A stretch of 55,894 nt of DNA, filler included, from Basidioascus undulatus (GCA_000826855.1; 3 parts of 3 records of this genome joined end to end with filler, not necessarily neighbours in it), one strand, 5' to 3'. Numbered from the whole stretch's first letter, positions 24,010-37,532 are shown. Program-made: numbers and translations. Notes: a model not told the origin generated them from the sequence alone.

Positions 24010-25644
24010 TCATTTATCGTTACAGCCGTACATGCCCTGGTGATAATACCCGAAGTCGCAAAAGCGGTGCACTTTCGCTTTCGGGATGAACATCGAGGAG
24101 GTGAGGAAGCGCAGCGGTGCGTCGCCTGAACACTCAGATGGACAACCGTTTTCCGTCATCAAGGAACAACGTGTACCTGAATAAGGGGACGCTCCCCAGC
24201 GGTACTTGTAGAGCCGGAATGGGTCCGCAGAGATTGTGTCGAACCACTGACGCACATTTGGCCGCTGAAAAGTTGGCACACGTACGATCTGAAAACAGCT
24301 CAGCGTCAATCTTGCTTTCATACGAAGCGCCACGGAATTAATACCTCGAAGTTGTTGTAGTAGATTGGCACTGTACAGCCTTCTGGGTTGGGCCTTTTCT
24401 CGTTTGGATCGAACGAGCCGCGAAGGAGAAACTGCGTACCGACGGTTCCCTCCATCTTCTCTCTTTCCGGTAATACGAGCCCATTCGCCTTAACATCTCT
24501 TGAACCGAGACATGCCCCTCCTTGTATCCTCCACCAGGTCCAACATCCCCCTTTGCATCGGAGGGTACTCGCCCGCGTCGACGCGGTACCGTAAGATAGA
24601 TTGGCGCGTGTACGTGGGCGAGAGGGTCGGTACAAGCGGTGGTGATGTACCTGAGGCATTCTGCTGTCAAAGAGTGAGGACAGCGGTTGGGATGGGGATA
24701 ACGTACGAGTCCGTGTCGAGACGCATTTAATAGCTGGAAAGTGGGATCGAGCCCCGGAATAGAGCGGAGTTGAGCTACGTACTCCAGATGCTTTACTCGA
24801 GGGTGGTTGAAGATGTCTATCATGAAGAACTTGCACATGTTGTGGTAGCCTGGAAAAACGATCGCACTGTCAGCTGCTTGTGTCATCCCACCCTGTCGGC
24901 AAGGTGCACGCATACCCGGCCACCTTATCGCGTCCCACGGCTCGATCGCCTCCTTCCCAAGAGACGTCACCTCCTCCGGGACGGTCCAATTTAGCTTCAC
25001 CCACTCCATCCTTTTATCCCCCGCATCTTCTCGACCAGCTTCCCTTCTCCCTGTCCTTCCACCGCGGTGGCGCGTGCTTCCCAACGAGCCTCGAATCCCG
25101 CCGCCAAGCGAGAGTCGTCCAAGTCCCCGGTGTGAAGGAGAAGGAGGAGGTAGGAGTGGTGCAGGGGAACATGTCGAAGGGACAACTCGAGCGAAGCCAG
25201 GGTGGATGGTGCGGCGCGGCGGGAGGTGAGATACAGAATAGCGGCGTTGAAGGGGGCTCGGCGTAGAGCAAATACAGGATCAAGATCTGGAGAAAGGGCT
25301 TCAGAGCGAGAGATTCCTAAAAATGTAAGAGGCGCACATTGGCCGATATGCAGATCCTTGATAGCTTCCGAGCCGCTAGGCGGAGGCGCGAGCGACTCTG
25401 GCTCAAGAAAGTCTGCAGGCGATTCCAGGGCCGCGTCTTTCCCGGAGGGATGATAGATACGGATGAAGCATTTGAATTCACTGTGTAATTCTATGGAGAC
25501 TTTTGTATGTGATGCTTGAAGTGTACCCTGTTCTTTGGTGGTAGCCCGCCTCGGCGCGAAAAGTGCGAAGCACAGTAACCCCGCACCACAGATGAGTACG
25601 AGTGCAGGGATGAGCGAGTTTCGAGAACGAGAAATTGAAGCCAT
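24010..25644 (-). pseudogene. Glycosyltransferase family 15 (KRE2/KTR alpha-1,2-mannosyltransferase) pseudogene
   Basis: Type II TM anchor (LIPALVLICGAGLLCFALF), NAAILYL, GYHNMCKFF, MRLDTDS, YYNNFE, YKYRWGDAPLR, FGYYH. Frameshift at ~25010-25022, in-frame TAA at 24727-24729, further frameshifts ~24500-24610. Confidence 0.88.
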
Positions 25645-27024
25645 GTCGAGGTGATAAGTGTTTAGAGCAGCCAGGTTAGGGAAGCATGGAAGTAGGATGT
25701 CGTGAAGGCAAGAAGAATGCTGGGACGGAAACACTAGTCCCGTGCCTTCCTCTCACCGGAGTAACTGTCACCGCGTATCGCCGCTTCGGCCAAGCGTCGA
25801 GAAGTTCAACAACGAAAAAATCCAAGAAGCTACGTTTGATGTGCCCTTTAACAATCCCGATATATTGCAAACAATACTGGCTATTGTGAGGTCCTCGTTA
25901 TGCTGTATGGACATTGCTGCTGCACCGAAGCTGATCGTTGCACTCCTGACACTCAAACCTACGCCGACTGCGCCAGGTTCGAGAGTCACAGGAAGAAAAA
26001 CTTTAATGTTTATTGGACATGTATATTAAAGTGCTCTCACTTGATCAGATTGTGCTGGGCTCGCATCTAGTCGGTTGCTTGGTAGCGACTGCAGAAGGTG
26101 ACTCGGGAGGGTTCATGAGAGTAAGTAGCATGTTGGCAATTTCCCAGGATAGCTATATACTAACTTATAACTCTAGACCAACCTAAAGTGGAAGAAATGA
26201 ACTTATGAAGGTAAGCGGAATGGCAAGATTCACAAGCAGGGCAAGCAAGTGGGTCCGACCTGGACGAGTTCGGGCTAACGAACGGAAACTGTCTGGCGCA
26301 AAAGATTCAGGCTTGACAGCACATCTTCTGTGTTTAAGTAGAGTAAGCCCTATACCAAATGATCCTTGGAAACTTCTATAGGCCATTGAAAGGGTCATGA
26401 ACCGTGTGCAGCGAACGAAGGCAACACAGATCCTGCCTGTTTGTCGCCTTGCGCCACCTTCACGGCGCCTTTTCTTATGTCACAATGATGCTATGAGAGC
26501 CACTGCTCTCCGAATATTTAAAGTTGTAAGGCCACCGTTTCTCTTTACATGCCACAGAAGCGAGCTACTTTTGTAGTAAGCGGGAGCTTCTGCAGAGCTT
26601 CTCCTCGCACAACTGCCGAATAGGTACTCAACACTATCGCTCTTTTGGGTGCATATAGGGGAAAAGATCCACCTTTTTCACCCCTCTCTGCACAAACGGT
26701 GTCTTTTCTGCCAGGTAGGACCAGGCACGGCCAAAGCGGCCCGTGCGGCAGAGCAGCATAGCTTTCGCCTCGGCGTTCCAACTCCGCTTGTCAACGAGAG
26801 ATACATATGGGTTTGTACAGGGACCGTGGGCAAGCTGTGGTCGAACACCGCATGCACCTCCCGGCTCTTCATTGGTGCCGCACCTGGAACTAATATCATC
26901 CAACCGACGAAGGACCGCAGAGTCAGCGGTGGACGCGTCGCGGCCTCGTGGGCTGATTTGTCTTGTCCACTTCTTTACCTGTTTCTCCTTTCGCCTGCTC
27001 TTGCTTAATCTCAACTCTTTGACC

Positions 27025-28468
27025 ATGTCGGAGCCCCCCATGCGGCGCCCATCGACTGCCTTCGTGCTTCTTGCCTTTGCGCTGTACCTCGTGTCGTACC
27101 CTGTGCCCACTCAGGCGCAGGAGGCGGTGGACTATTCCTCCTGCGAGAAGAAGGAAGCCAAATGGACCGTACGTAGACTTCCACCTGGCTATGTCTGTCG
27201 GTTTGTAAGCCTAACACTTGGAGGGCCCTTGAACAGCTCAACAGCAAGGGCGAGAATCCCTGTGCAGTCTGGGGTGAGGTGTTGTCGTTCTGCAACAACG
27301 GACACGTTGGTCAGCTCACCTCCAATCGCAAATGGGAGCTAAGCACGGCGGAGACTGAACAATACCATGCTTTGTGGTGGTGGTGATGTAGTCCCGGCGC
27401 AGAGGACGGACGATGTCGACGGAGCGTACGGTCCGTTCAACGCGTCGTACGGGCCGCAGGCGATACCGTGCCAGTGCTCGCAAGTCGTTTACTCCTTGTC
27501 CTCCGCATGCGGTGCGTTTTAAGGGCATAATTTCTTTCCGAAACCGGGCTATTCAGGGTTGACCAAAGGGCTACCGTTGGGTAGGCTACTGCCAAGGTCT
27601 TGATTGGACAGTGGAGTCGAAGTGGAAAAAGCCCTGCGACGACTGGGCGACAGGGTACTTCTGTTCATCTTTGTCTTCTGATGTTCCAGTGGCCAATATA
27701 ACGATCAAATACTTTCCCTCCATCAGCGGCGACCTGGGCGGTGGCTCCTTGGACCTGGCCTCCAAAATCAAAGAGGCGGGCTACGTTATTCCGGGCTGGG
27801 CGACTGATGGCAAACATACGATCACCAACGGTGAGCATTAATTCATCTTTTAATTGTTTTCGCAAACTGAAGGACCCGTCTCAGACGCCTGGAACGTCAC
27901 GATCGCTGAGGCGTGGCGGCCTCCAAAGTCGTGGGCTGCCTCGCACGTTAAGGTCGTCTTGTGTTGTTTTCTATGAATCTTCAGGGGTTTCTTGTACTGA
28001 CCGTCCTCTACTCTAACAAGGTTGTCGCTGGACTCTCCGTTGCCGCCTTTGTTATCCTCGTTCTCTTGGGCTTGTCTTTGTGCGTCAGGTCGTGCACCGC
28101 GCCCTTCCTCGGATTCACAACACAAGCGAAGGAACGCATGCTGATGCTCTCTATTCTGTCGGTGACTTAATTAATAACGCAGCTGGTACTACTGCTGCCG
28201 CCGCCGTCGCTCCCGCTCAGCCCCGGCCTCGTACCGCAAGTCGTATGCGGCCCCTGTCGCGCGGAACGTTACCCCCGCTGCCGCGCCGCAGAGCGCAGTG
28301 TCTACGCCTGGATCCAGCAAGGAGATAGAGCTGGATCAGTTCGCAGCGCCGCAAGTCGTCCGCGTCCCTCCGCCGCCGCCGCCCCAGCGCAACTCCCTCA
28401 ACTCGGCGAACAGGCGCTCGGCACCGCCGCCGCCGCCGTCCCACCCTTCCCGAAAGGCGGGCAACTAG
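27025..28468 (+). CDS. Type I membrane protein: signal peptide, Cys-rich extracellular domain, TM helix, Pro-rich tail
   Basis: Signal AFVLLAFALYLVSYPVPTQA; W.LNSKGENPC, PCQCSQVVYSLSSACGYCQ, IPGWA; TM VVAGLSVAAFVILVLLGLSL; cytosolic PPPPPP runs; stop TAG at 28466-28468. Confidence 0.75.
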
Positions 28469-29069
28469 CAGCTGCTACATCAAGAGTTTTGATCCTGGCT
28501 GTGAACGTCCCCCAACCGCTTTGTGCTCCTCTACGGGTCGGCGACATGGAAATTGGACAATTGAAGCACGGCAGGGGTTTCATTTTGAATAGTTTCCACA
28601 TCCTTTGCATTCATTTCTGTACTTATTCTCCAATACCCAGGCGCCCTCAAATGTGTGACTCTTGTCGTGAAGATTTCTTGATCCACTGCATACCATCACG
28701 TCATCCGCTCGCGCAACCCAGAGTCCAGCACATGTGACTCTCTTGTTTGCTGAACAGAAAGTAACTCATTTGCTGGAATACCAGCCTGCAGGTTGGAAGA
28801 GCAAGGATCTCGGATGTCAACTGCACAAGCACTGTCGATCATCGAGAGGATGAGCTGCATGGTACAAACAAATCCACAGCGTCCCCTTCGTTCTGCCCCT
28901 TTATAGAGGCAAAAAGTTACAAGCCAATGCTGTTTGGAAAGAGGTTGAAATTTGCGGTACCTATCAATCATGTACATGACCCTCGCTCAACTTTTGCCAG
29001 GGATTTTTTTAGGTCGAGCCTGCAAACTGATGCGGCTGATGATAGCGATAAATATCTTTGCATGTATTT

Positions 29070-30560
29070 TCAATCAGCACCCACATAAAATTCCCTATTC
29101 TTGAAAGTGACCATCGACAAAGCCGGCAGCAACGTTTCTCGACACAATGCAGTGCACATGGTGTCGTCAACGGTATCATCAGATTGAACCCTTTGCTGCG
29201 CCAAAATTCCGCAAACTCTCAGGAGAAAACCAACTTTATCATCGTCGCACCGCGGGCGGAAACAAATCGGACATGGACAAGCCATCCTCGTCGTGCACGA
29301 CGATGCCCCATTCAGCGAGAACGAACGAGAGCTTCGCGAACGCGCCGACCAGTGGTACCCCCGCGCTGAAGAGCTGGATCTCACGCAGGATATGCGCAGG
29401 GACGATGAGCGTACGGGGGTTGGGCAGCGTGCCGCTCGTGAACATGAGGTGGAGGAAATCGAGGGTGCCCTTCTTATCGGTGCCGAGGCAGGGCACGCTG
29501 AGCGGTGCGCAGGCTCCGGGGGAAGCGCAGGTGCAGCTGGACGTTCGGCGGGACGGGGAGGGCCGAGAAGTCGAACTGGTCGAGGTTGGGCGTGAGAATG
29601 TTGAGGTCGGACGGGTACACGGCCGGGTCGAAGGTTCGCGCGCTTTCGTGAGGCTTTTGCCGTAGGTTTGAAGGAAGGCCCGGACGGAAGCGGCCAGCGC
29701 TGGTATGTCGGTGGGTCCGCGGCGGGAATTTGGAAAGCCTGTGGAGTGCGAGTTTGTGAAGCTTCGGAAGGCGGAAGAGGTGCGCGAGCGCAAAGGTCCC
29801 GCCGGCGGCGTGCTCGCTGAAGGTGAACACCGTGATTTTTGGCAGCTCGATAGGATGGAGCCCCTGGGGAACCTGCGCCGCGTTGGAGCTGATAGCGAGG
29901 ACTCAGATTCTCGAGACGCCCGAGAGCGGGAGCACAGCCTCGAGGTCCGCCTCTACGATTGATGCGCGACGTCACGTGAGTGTGTTGGCATATGAGTCCG
30001 CGAGGGCCCCCAGCGTCGCTGGGCCGACGTTGACGTTTTCGTCTGGGTTCGACCGGAAGATGCGAAACTCCTCGAGCGAGGTGCAAGAGCGCAGGAGCGA
30101 AAGCTCGGTGGAGTCGAGAGACCGGGCGCCGCGGTTGTAGAAGTGAGGGTACGAATGAACGGACCGGCGTGCAGACCGCGAGCCTGAAGATCGACGAGGG
30201 TGCGGCGGAGCACGTCCAGCGCTGGGACGTCGTAGATTAAAATGTCGCGGAACGCCAGAGGGTAACGATGCGCTGCAGTGAGGTACTCCAGCAGACGTCG
30301 GCCAGGAGCTCCTTCCAGTCCGGGGTACATTCTAGAAGAACTGAACGTACATTCCACTTCTTGCATACTAACCCAATCGCCCGCTTCGTGCTCATTGATT
30401 CCCGCGGGCGAAGAGCGTTGCAGACGATGTCGGACATGACTGCGAAGACGGAGCGCGTGTCCCGCGCGGCGAGACCACTCCGGGTGAGGCGGCCAGCTCG
30501 AAGATCTCGAAGATCCGGGCGAGGATCTCGTCGGGAATGCGTCGGCGGTGGTCAGACTGT
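29070..30560 (-). pseudogene. F-box-like/LRR hypothetical protein pseudogene
   Basis: IPDEILARIFE(IFE)LAASP, frameshift, KRAIGLVCKKWN, intron, frameshift, LAFRDILIYD..PFIRTL; LRR-like LPKLHKL and PNLDQFD lie in other frames. Confidence 0.6.
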
Positions 30561-31329
30561 GCAGGCAGTCTGCCAAGGGGAGACGAGACCGAGAGGAGGG
30601 AAGCAGGAATGGTTGGAAGTCACAGTCAGTCCGGTCGCACTCCAATGCAGGAAATCTGCCTACTCACCTAGAGCGGGTGGTCGTTGATGGTGTTGCACGC
30701 GTCGCTGGCTCGCAGCCTCGAGCTTGGCCGACTGCAGCAAGTGTCGGCGGAAGCCGTGATGTAACCTGTAACCCTTCCCAGAGCTGAACCTACCAACACA
30801 TCCTTCCAGATTCGGAAAAGTTCCGCATAGACTTTCAGAAAAGCGAGTAATGAAGCTGACGGTATCCTGCAGGCGCCTTCGCCAGGAACCGACCGACGTC
30901 GGTTCAGTCCAGCCCAATGGCACCACCCTCGTCAGCCAAGCGGCGCTGGGAGCGTCAAACCCGCTTTCGATTCAGAACGAGAAGGAGCGAGGGCATGAAT
31001 CGATCGATCCTTGATGCAGCCGCTCCACGTGAGGTGCTGGCCGGCGAAAGGCATGCGAAAAGCGAGCGAGCGAGTCCATCTGGTTCCTTCGTTCCGCCGT
31101 CCGAACTCCCGTCGCGTTCCCACTTCGACGGGCGACAACGCCTAAGATTAAAGGACGGTCACATCCAGGACTCTCTTTGCGACGAGAAGTGTGTTAGTAG
31201 ACGATCACATCCTGCCACAGATTAGCCAACCCAGCCTGAGCTGGCACCCCCACAGCCCCAGAACCAAAACCCATCAAATCACTCTCAGACCCCCTCATCC
31301 TCCCTCAACACCCTAGCCTCCTACCTGCC

Positions 31330-31820
31330 TCATGCGATCATGATCATCCACGCCAACACGAAATAAAACAGTCTGCCCCCCCGCAATCCGGATCCATCAG
31401 CACCGTTCATGGCGGTTGGGGGAAGGACGGGGGAGGAAGTGGGAGGTGGAGAGAAAGGGGAGCAGGACGCGGGCGCACCCCAGCGGATAAACAGCCAAAA
31501 ACGCCCGGCGCTGCTCGAGTCTTGTTCCACCCAAGAAGTTCACGGACGCTGAACCCCCATTCCACCCCACACCCATCCTTCTCATCAGTATCCCGCACTT
31601 TCCTCACACTCTCCTCTCCAGGCATCCTCGGGAAAGCGGAGAGGGGGGTGGAGAGGACAGGGGAGGAAGGAAAACGCACCCCAAACAGCCCACCCGAACC
31701 CCACGAGCGCGACGGGCACGCGCACGGCGATGTGGTGCACGAACGTGGACACCACTGCTGCGGCGGCGAGGGGGAAGACGCAGTACCCAATCACGCAGAG
31801 GGATTGGAAGAAGGATCTGG
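31330..31820 (-). CDS. Yip1-domain Golgi membrane protein (Yip4/YIPF6-like), 3' exons only
   Basis: FFQSLCVIGYCVFPL..GWAVWASVNFLGG..RRAFLAVYPLGLFYFVLAWMIMIA*. The 5' part is lost at the contig end. Confidence 0.88.
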
Positions 31821-31885
31821 GCAAGCGTAGCGAGGGTTCAGCTTCTTCCTTCTAAAGGACACTAGCATAGAAGGCGTGCCCGGGG

Positions 31886-31985
31886 NNNNNNNNNNNNNNN
31901 NNNNNNNNNNNNNNNNNNNNNNNNNNNNNTTAATTAATTAANNNNNNNNNNNNNNNNNNNNNNNNNNNNNNNNNNNNNNNNNNNN
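31886..31985. other. Artificial contig spacer (44N + TTAATTAATTAA + 44N)
   Basis: Exact 100-nt spacer with a six-frame stop linker, identical to the one at 43903. Confidence 0.97.
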
Positions 31986-34435
31986 GCTCGAGGAAGCGGC
32001 GGCGGAGGACGAGGGGGTGGGGTTGGTGGACGACGAGGAGGAGGACGCGGGGAAGGACGAGGACGCGCCGATGAGGAAGCCAAGGTCGTGCTTCCTCAGG
32101 AGCTGAACCAGGAGGATGCAGTGCATCTGCGTGTGGCATCCACCATCGCCCCTCAGCATGCAAACTCAGCGAGAAAGGAAGAGGCGAAGGACACGCACGT
32201 TCTCCAGCACCGACTGGTTATTGTAGATCTCCGATAGCGGGGTATTTGCGTTTTTCTGTTCTCCGTCACCCCACCATCAGCCAACTTCTCTCTCACTTCC
32301 CCTGCCCTTGAAAGACGAGACGAACGCACCATGAACGCGTTGCTCAGCCCCGGATGGCCGACATCGTGCCCCACAGCAGCGATCATAAGCGCCAGCACGT
32401 CCCAATCGCTCATGACCCTGGCTGCCCATCCCTCCCCCGTGCGCTCCCACACCTTCCCCCCTTTCTCCTCGGCGCTCAACCGCCCCACAGGCGGTGCGAC
32501 ACCCAGCCGGACAAGGAAGCTGTACGTCGCCTGGAGGACGTCGATTGCGTGCGAGTAGTTGTGGTACGCGTTGGGCGCGTGGTACGTCCGCCGCAGAGCG
32601 CGGAGGAAGGGGTGCATGTCGGCGAGACGGAGATGCGGCGCGAGGGAGGGCAGGAGGAGGACGGCTTCGAAGAGGAGTGAGGCGCAGGTGTACAGGTCTG
32701 CGGGCGCCAGGGCGTGCGGCTGGAAGTTCCACGAGTCGAGGCGCGCGATCAGGTCGGCGCGTGAGAGCCAAGCGGGCGGCGTGGGCGGCGGGTGGAGCAG
32801 GCAGCTGCGATGGAAGAGGGGGAGTGTCAGTATTGTTGCGGATAGGAGGAAAGCAAGGAAGGGGCGTACTGATCATCCAGCTCGTCCTCCTTCCCCTCCG
32901 CAATGACCTGACTCCGATGGAACAGTTCTCCCAGCAAGCCGCCCAGCCCCGCGCCCGCGCCCGGCGTCGCACCATCCTCGCTCCCCTCCTCACAGTCAAC
33001 GCTCTCGAGCTCCGCCTCCGCGTGGGCCCTCGCAACTCCACCAACGTCGACGCTCTTCCTGCGCGGGCCGCCACCATCGACGCTCGCGCCGAGGCAGACG
33101 GGGAGCGCGCTCGCGGCGGCCCCCGCGCCGGCGAGGGACGCCGAGGACGCCGAGGGCGTCTGCCCCGTTGCGCGAAGGAGCGCGCGCGTCGAGTGCGTCG
33201 TTGCGAGTCGGAGGGGGATGTACGAAGACGTCCCCGCTGTCGCGCTTGAGGCGGCTGCGGAGGAAGCGATGGAGTTGGCGGTGTGCTGCGGGGAGAGGGC
33301 ACGCGGAGGAGGGGGGGCGGGGATGAAAGCCTGCGTGGGAGGATAAGGGTCGGTGAGTTTCGGAGGAAGCCTCATGGGGAGTAGAGCGATGGAACGAACG
33401 GTTTGCAGCGCCGAAAGGATCTGCTTGTCGGTGAAGGGCGGGGCCAAGCTCGTCTCTACGGGCGCGGACGCTCTACTTGAGACAGTGTACGCTGCCGCCC
33501 CATCCAAAAACGAACTCAGCTTCCCTCCCCTCGCTCTAACCTCCACGCCAAACGACTCACCGACAACCGGCAGCCCTCTCTTCACACACTCGCTCCGCAC
33601 GCGATCGAGTTCCTCCCTCCGGCCCAGCTCGCCCGTCCGTGCAGGGAACGCATACGCCTCGAGCTCCCCGTCCATCGCGGACTGCGTCTGCGTCTGCGTC
33701 TGAGTCTGGGAGCGCATGTCGTCGTCGTCGTCGGAGTCTTCGAGGGCGGGGATGCAGGCGACCTTGCCTCTAAGTAGCCAGGAGGGCGGGGACGTCGTGA
33801 GATGGGCGAGGAGCGCCGCGGGGGTGTCGAATTGCTGGACTGGAGGAGGGTGACCGGATGACCAAGGGAGAGAGGAGGAGGATGTGTCAGTGATTTTGAG
33901 GATTGATTGTGTATACGAATGAAGGTGCGTGTGTGCGCCACTAAAACTCGGAACGGCGCGGAGTGCACAAATAAATCCGCATCATCAGGCCTCCGTCTCG
34001 CCCTGATCGCCGCCACGCGAGCCGGGCCGTCCGCTCCTCCGCCCTTCCGTCGGGCCGTCCGATCTCCGCCCTTCCGTCGCCGTCCACCATGCGAACGACC
34101 ACGAAGGCGCGAAGGAAGAAGACACCTGCCGGGACTGCCGCCCGAATTCCCAAAAGCCAACAAAACGACGCACCGTCAGCAACCCGGCGCAAGGCAGGCT
34201 CAAACTCGTCCTCCTCGTCCACCTCGCAATGGCAGTCTGCGTTGGCACCGTCGGCTTGGGTGGGGCGCGGGGGGGAGCGACGCTTGCGGGATTGCAGGAG
34301 GAGGACGTCGACGCGCGGGCGTTTGCCGGGCGAGGCGGGCGGGCGGGGAGGCCCAGCTCCCACAGCGCCGGAGGAGGAAGAGGCCGAGGAGGGGTTGCGC
34401 GAGTGCGTGGGCGGCGTCGGGGGGAGGTACGACAT
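31986..34435 (-). CDS. PDE2: Class I (high-affinity, PDE2/PdeH-type) cyclic nucleotide phosphodiesterase, 5' part, truncated at the gap
   Basis: YHNYSHAIDVLQA, IAAVGHDVGHPGLSNAF, IYNNQSVLEN.HC signature motifs; long low-complexity N-terminus. The start codon is tentative. Confidence 0.9.
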
Positions 34436-36249
34436 CGCTGGTCGCGGGAGGGGGGAGAGGCAGGGAGGTGTGAAGAGGGAAGCGTGCGGAGTTGCCCACT
34501 CGTCGATCGCACCGGCGGCGGCGGAGGGCGAAGAGCGGGGGCAGGCGGGAGGGGAGAGGTCGAGGCCAGGTACAGAGGATCCACTGCTTCCTCCGGTACT
34601 TCTATCCGCGACGTGTAACGTAAAGTCGTGCGAGCGACCTCCCACGCGCGAGCAAGCGACCAGAGAACGTGAGCGTCGAGAAGCAGCAGCGAGCGGCGAA
34701 GGCGAGCTGCTCGAGCTGCTCGAGTTTGCCGCAGTTCTCTCTCTTGTCTCACATCCCGCCGCCCATGCGCCACTGACAGCTGTCAAGCCTCGCCTTTCGC
34801 CTGGTCGTTGCAGATGCCTCGCCTCTGCCTCTTTGCGATCTCGCCCTTCCCCGATCCAGCCTCGACGATTGAACACGTATCCCACTCCATTCAGCTCCCG
34901 CAGAAGACGAGAAGACAGACGAACTCGCAAGGCAGAGAGAAGCTGAGAGCGGCGGCCGTTGATCCTCGGCTTTCCCCCCGCACAGCTGCGGCCACGCGGA
35001 AACATCGCATGCAGACCCTTGGATACGTGGCGCCCACGTTTTTTTGCGTCGGCGAGTCCCTCCACTCACCACGTGCTTCTTTTCATTTTCAACAGTCCAA
35101 CTCTCCTCAACTCCCAACATCCTTCCCGTCGTCCATACCCAAAGAAACGATACCCAGTACTGCTCTGCTGCTAGCCTCCCCTCACTGTTCTTCTCTCCCA
35201 CTGAGGTCCTCCACCTCTCGAAAAGCCCCGAACACAGAAAACAGACGGTTGACAACCTTTCTCCCCCTTCCCGCGCTTGCCTTGCCGATCCTCGACGACT
35301 CGGCCGCCGATCCGACCACCAGCCTTGACTAACCCTTTCATGATGAGCCGCTAACTTAGTCGAACTCTCCGAGCACGAGGACGCAATTGACGTCGTGCTG
35401 CGCCGGCTATAGACGAGGGACGCTAATGGACATTAGTGGGGGTTAGCGCGGTAACTGGGTCGGACGGGCGCGGGCGGGCAATTGGACGTGGGTGTATTGT
35501 GCGGTTGGGCGGGCCGGGGGGCCGGGCAAGTGTTGTTGTTTGTTGTGTGCAGTGGGTGAAAAAATGAGGTAGACCTGGGGGGAGGATATGGAGATGCAGG
35601 TGTGTTGATTGAGGTGAGTGAAAAGGAGGCTGGGACAACGCTGCCACGGAGGAAAGAAGGATTCAAGGCGAGGAGGATTGAAAGTGATGTCTCTTCACCA
35701 TCAGAGCACAGCCACTGACAGATTGGCTAACGGGCAACAACCGTCTCAAAGATACAGGCGACGCATCTTTTCATGCTATGAAGCAGATGGCTAGAGCGCA
35801 ACTTGGGCACAGACAGTCGGCATAGAGGGCAAGGGCGAGTGTGCAGATGCAGACCTTCCTCTTAGGGTGACTGTGGGACTGTAACGGCTTAAGAAATCAC
35901 GGCACTTGATACTCCTGAAGAGCAAGATAAAGTATACCTGATTGGGGAAGTTCAGCACTCAAGCGGTCTGAGAACAAGAACAGTAATCCGACATGGTCCC
36001 GCCCGCCTGCCCACTGGACGTGTCGCTGGACATTGCGCCTCAGCCACCCACACCGTGACAAATGCGGTCGGCTCTCTGGATGTACCTGGAAACTTACTAA
36101 TTCCAGTTCCCTTCCTCAAGAGGATCAAGATCGACAAAGTAACGAGCGTACCCTCAAGAGACTGCACCCACTGCCGGGGAGGCCCTCGGTGTCGCGTGGG
36201 GGTGCGTTGGGTGTCTCGTCCAGACGATGTGCCACAAGACAGGCTCTTC

Positions 36250-36917
36250 TAGCTTAAGGGGGTGGTCTCAAGAACTGTGCGCTCCAGAGGGCGTCCGACC
36301 GTTGAGCACTCCGAGGGGTGTGGGCATTCACCGGCCTTGTGGTTTCTTTGTCTGGCTCAGCGGGTACTTATCAATGCAGCGTGGGCGGAGGAGCACACTC
36401 TCGTGCTGCACGTACGTGTCCGGGCATATAGCCACACGGCAGGTATCAAGAGGAGCGTCGAGGATAGTGTTTGAGAACTGCCACTGGAAGGATGCGGGCG
36501 CCGGCGTTGTCAAAGCCGTAGCTCGCCAGCTCTCTGTAAGCCTGGACGAAGAAGACCGATTCGGAAATCGCCAAGATGCTGATGTGCTTCGCGGCATGGG
36601 CATCAGCCAGCTTTGCCTGATACTTCCGCGGCACGAAGGACATCGAGGCAATGGGTAAAGCTAACAGTAGCTGCGAGCGCACTGTCGGCCTTGTCCGGGT
36701 CAAAGAGCTTCAACAAGTCTCCAGGCACTTCGCCCTTTTCCTCCAGTCTGATTGGCTCTGGTTCATTCTTCGCGTTCTGGGGGAGCAAAAACATGTCTCG
36801 GAAGACTGGCGAGTTGGACCGCAGCATGTCGACAGAAACATGGAAGAGGATGTCGGAAAAGAGGATGGCGAGGCCGGCGTTTGTGTCCGCGAAGTCGGCG
36901 TGGGTTTGTGGAGACAT
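36250..36917 (-). pseudogene. BTB/POZ domain protein pseudogene
   Basis: HADF..ILFHV..L..NSPVFRDMFLLPQ..IRLEE..LLKLF..VLRAAE, frameshift at ~36623-36626, then KYQ; further stops downstream. Confidence 0.78.
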
Positions 36918-37532
36918 ACTGATGAGTGTGGAAGATGTAGGTTGGAGAGACGAACGGAGGAGACGTTCAGCAGCAGATGGATGAAGGAGCAAGTCGGACG
37001 CTCTCGCTTAGAAAGTCAGCTTCCGCCTGCCTGCGCTGCCTTGCTCTGGTTAAGGTGATCCCCGGTTACAACCACACCTAATCGTATGCGTCCACTGAAC
37101 TTCTGGACGTCAATAGGTGTACAGGGATCTTTGATGAGTATAGATCTCTCTGCAGGCTGCAGCCTAAGCCACACGTGCAAGTCGCAATCATAACTCAACG
37201 ACCAAGTGCTTTCAGTCTCAGGTACAAGGATTCCACTCTTCTGATTCTTTCCTGAAAAGGATATCGAGAGGTAAGTGCGACAGTGAAGCGTATACTGCAC
37301 TGACGCACTGCATTGCATCCTCAAAGGGTCTCGACAGTCAATAATTGCGTATGTGACAATGCGAATGTATGTCATTGCGATGCGACCAAACTTCTACCTT
37401 TACAAAGACAACCACCCAGATGCGACGCCTCCGGACCAACACTACTCCAGCGGATCCTCAATGACCTGCACAGACGGTGATATGGCATTTAGGTGATCTG
37501 CGTAAGCGTTCGACGCCTCAAAGTGGGACTTT

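Noticed and set aside
25742..26029. PFNNPDILQTILAIV as another F-box-like remnant
   Set aside because: A single short motif with no supporting downstream similarity.
31930..31941. TTAATTAATTAA palindrome as a piggyBac target or biological repeat
   Set aside because: It is centred in a fixed N spacer that recurs identically at 43947-43958, so it is an artificial six-frame stop linker.
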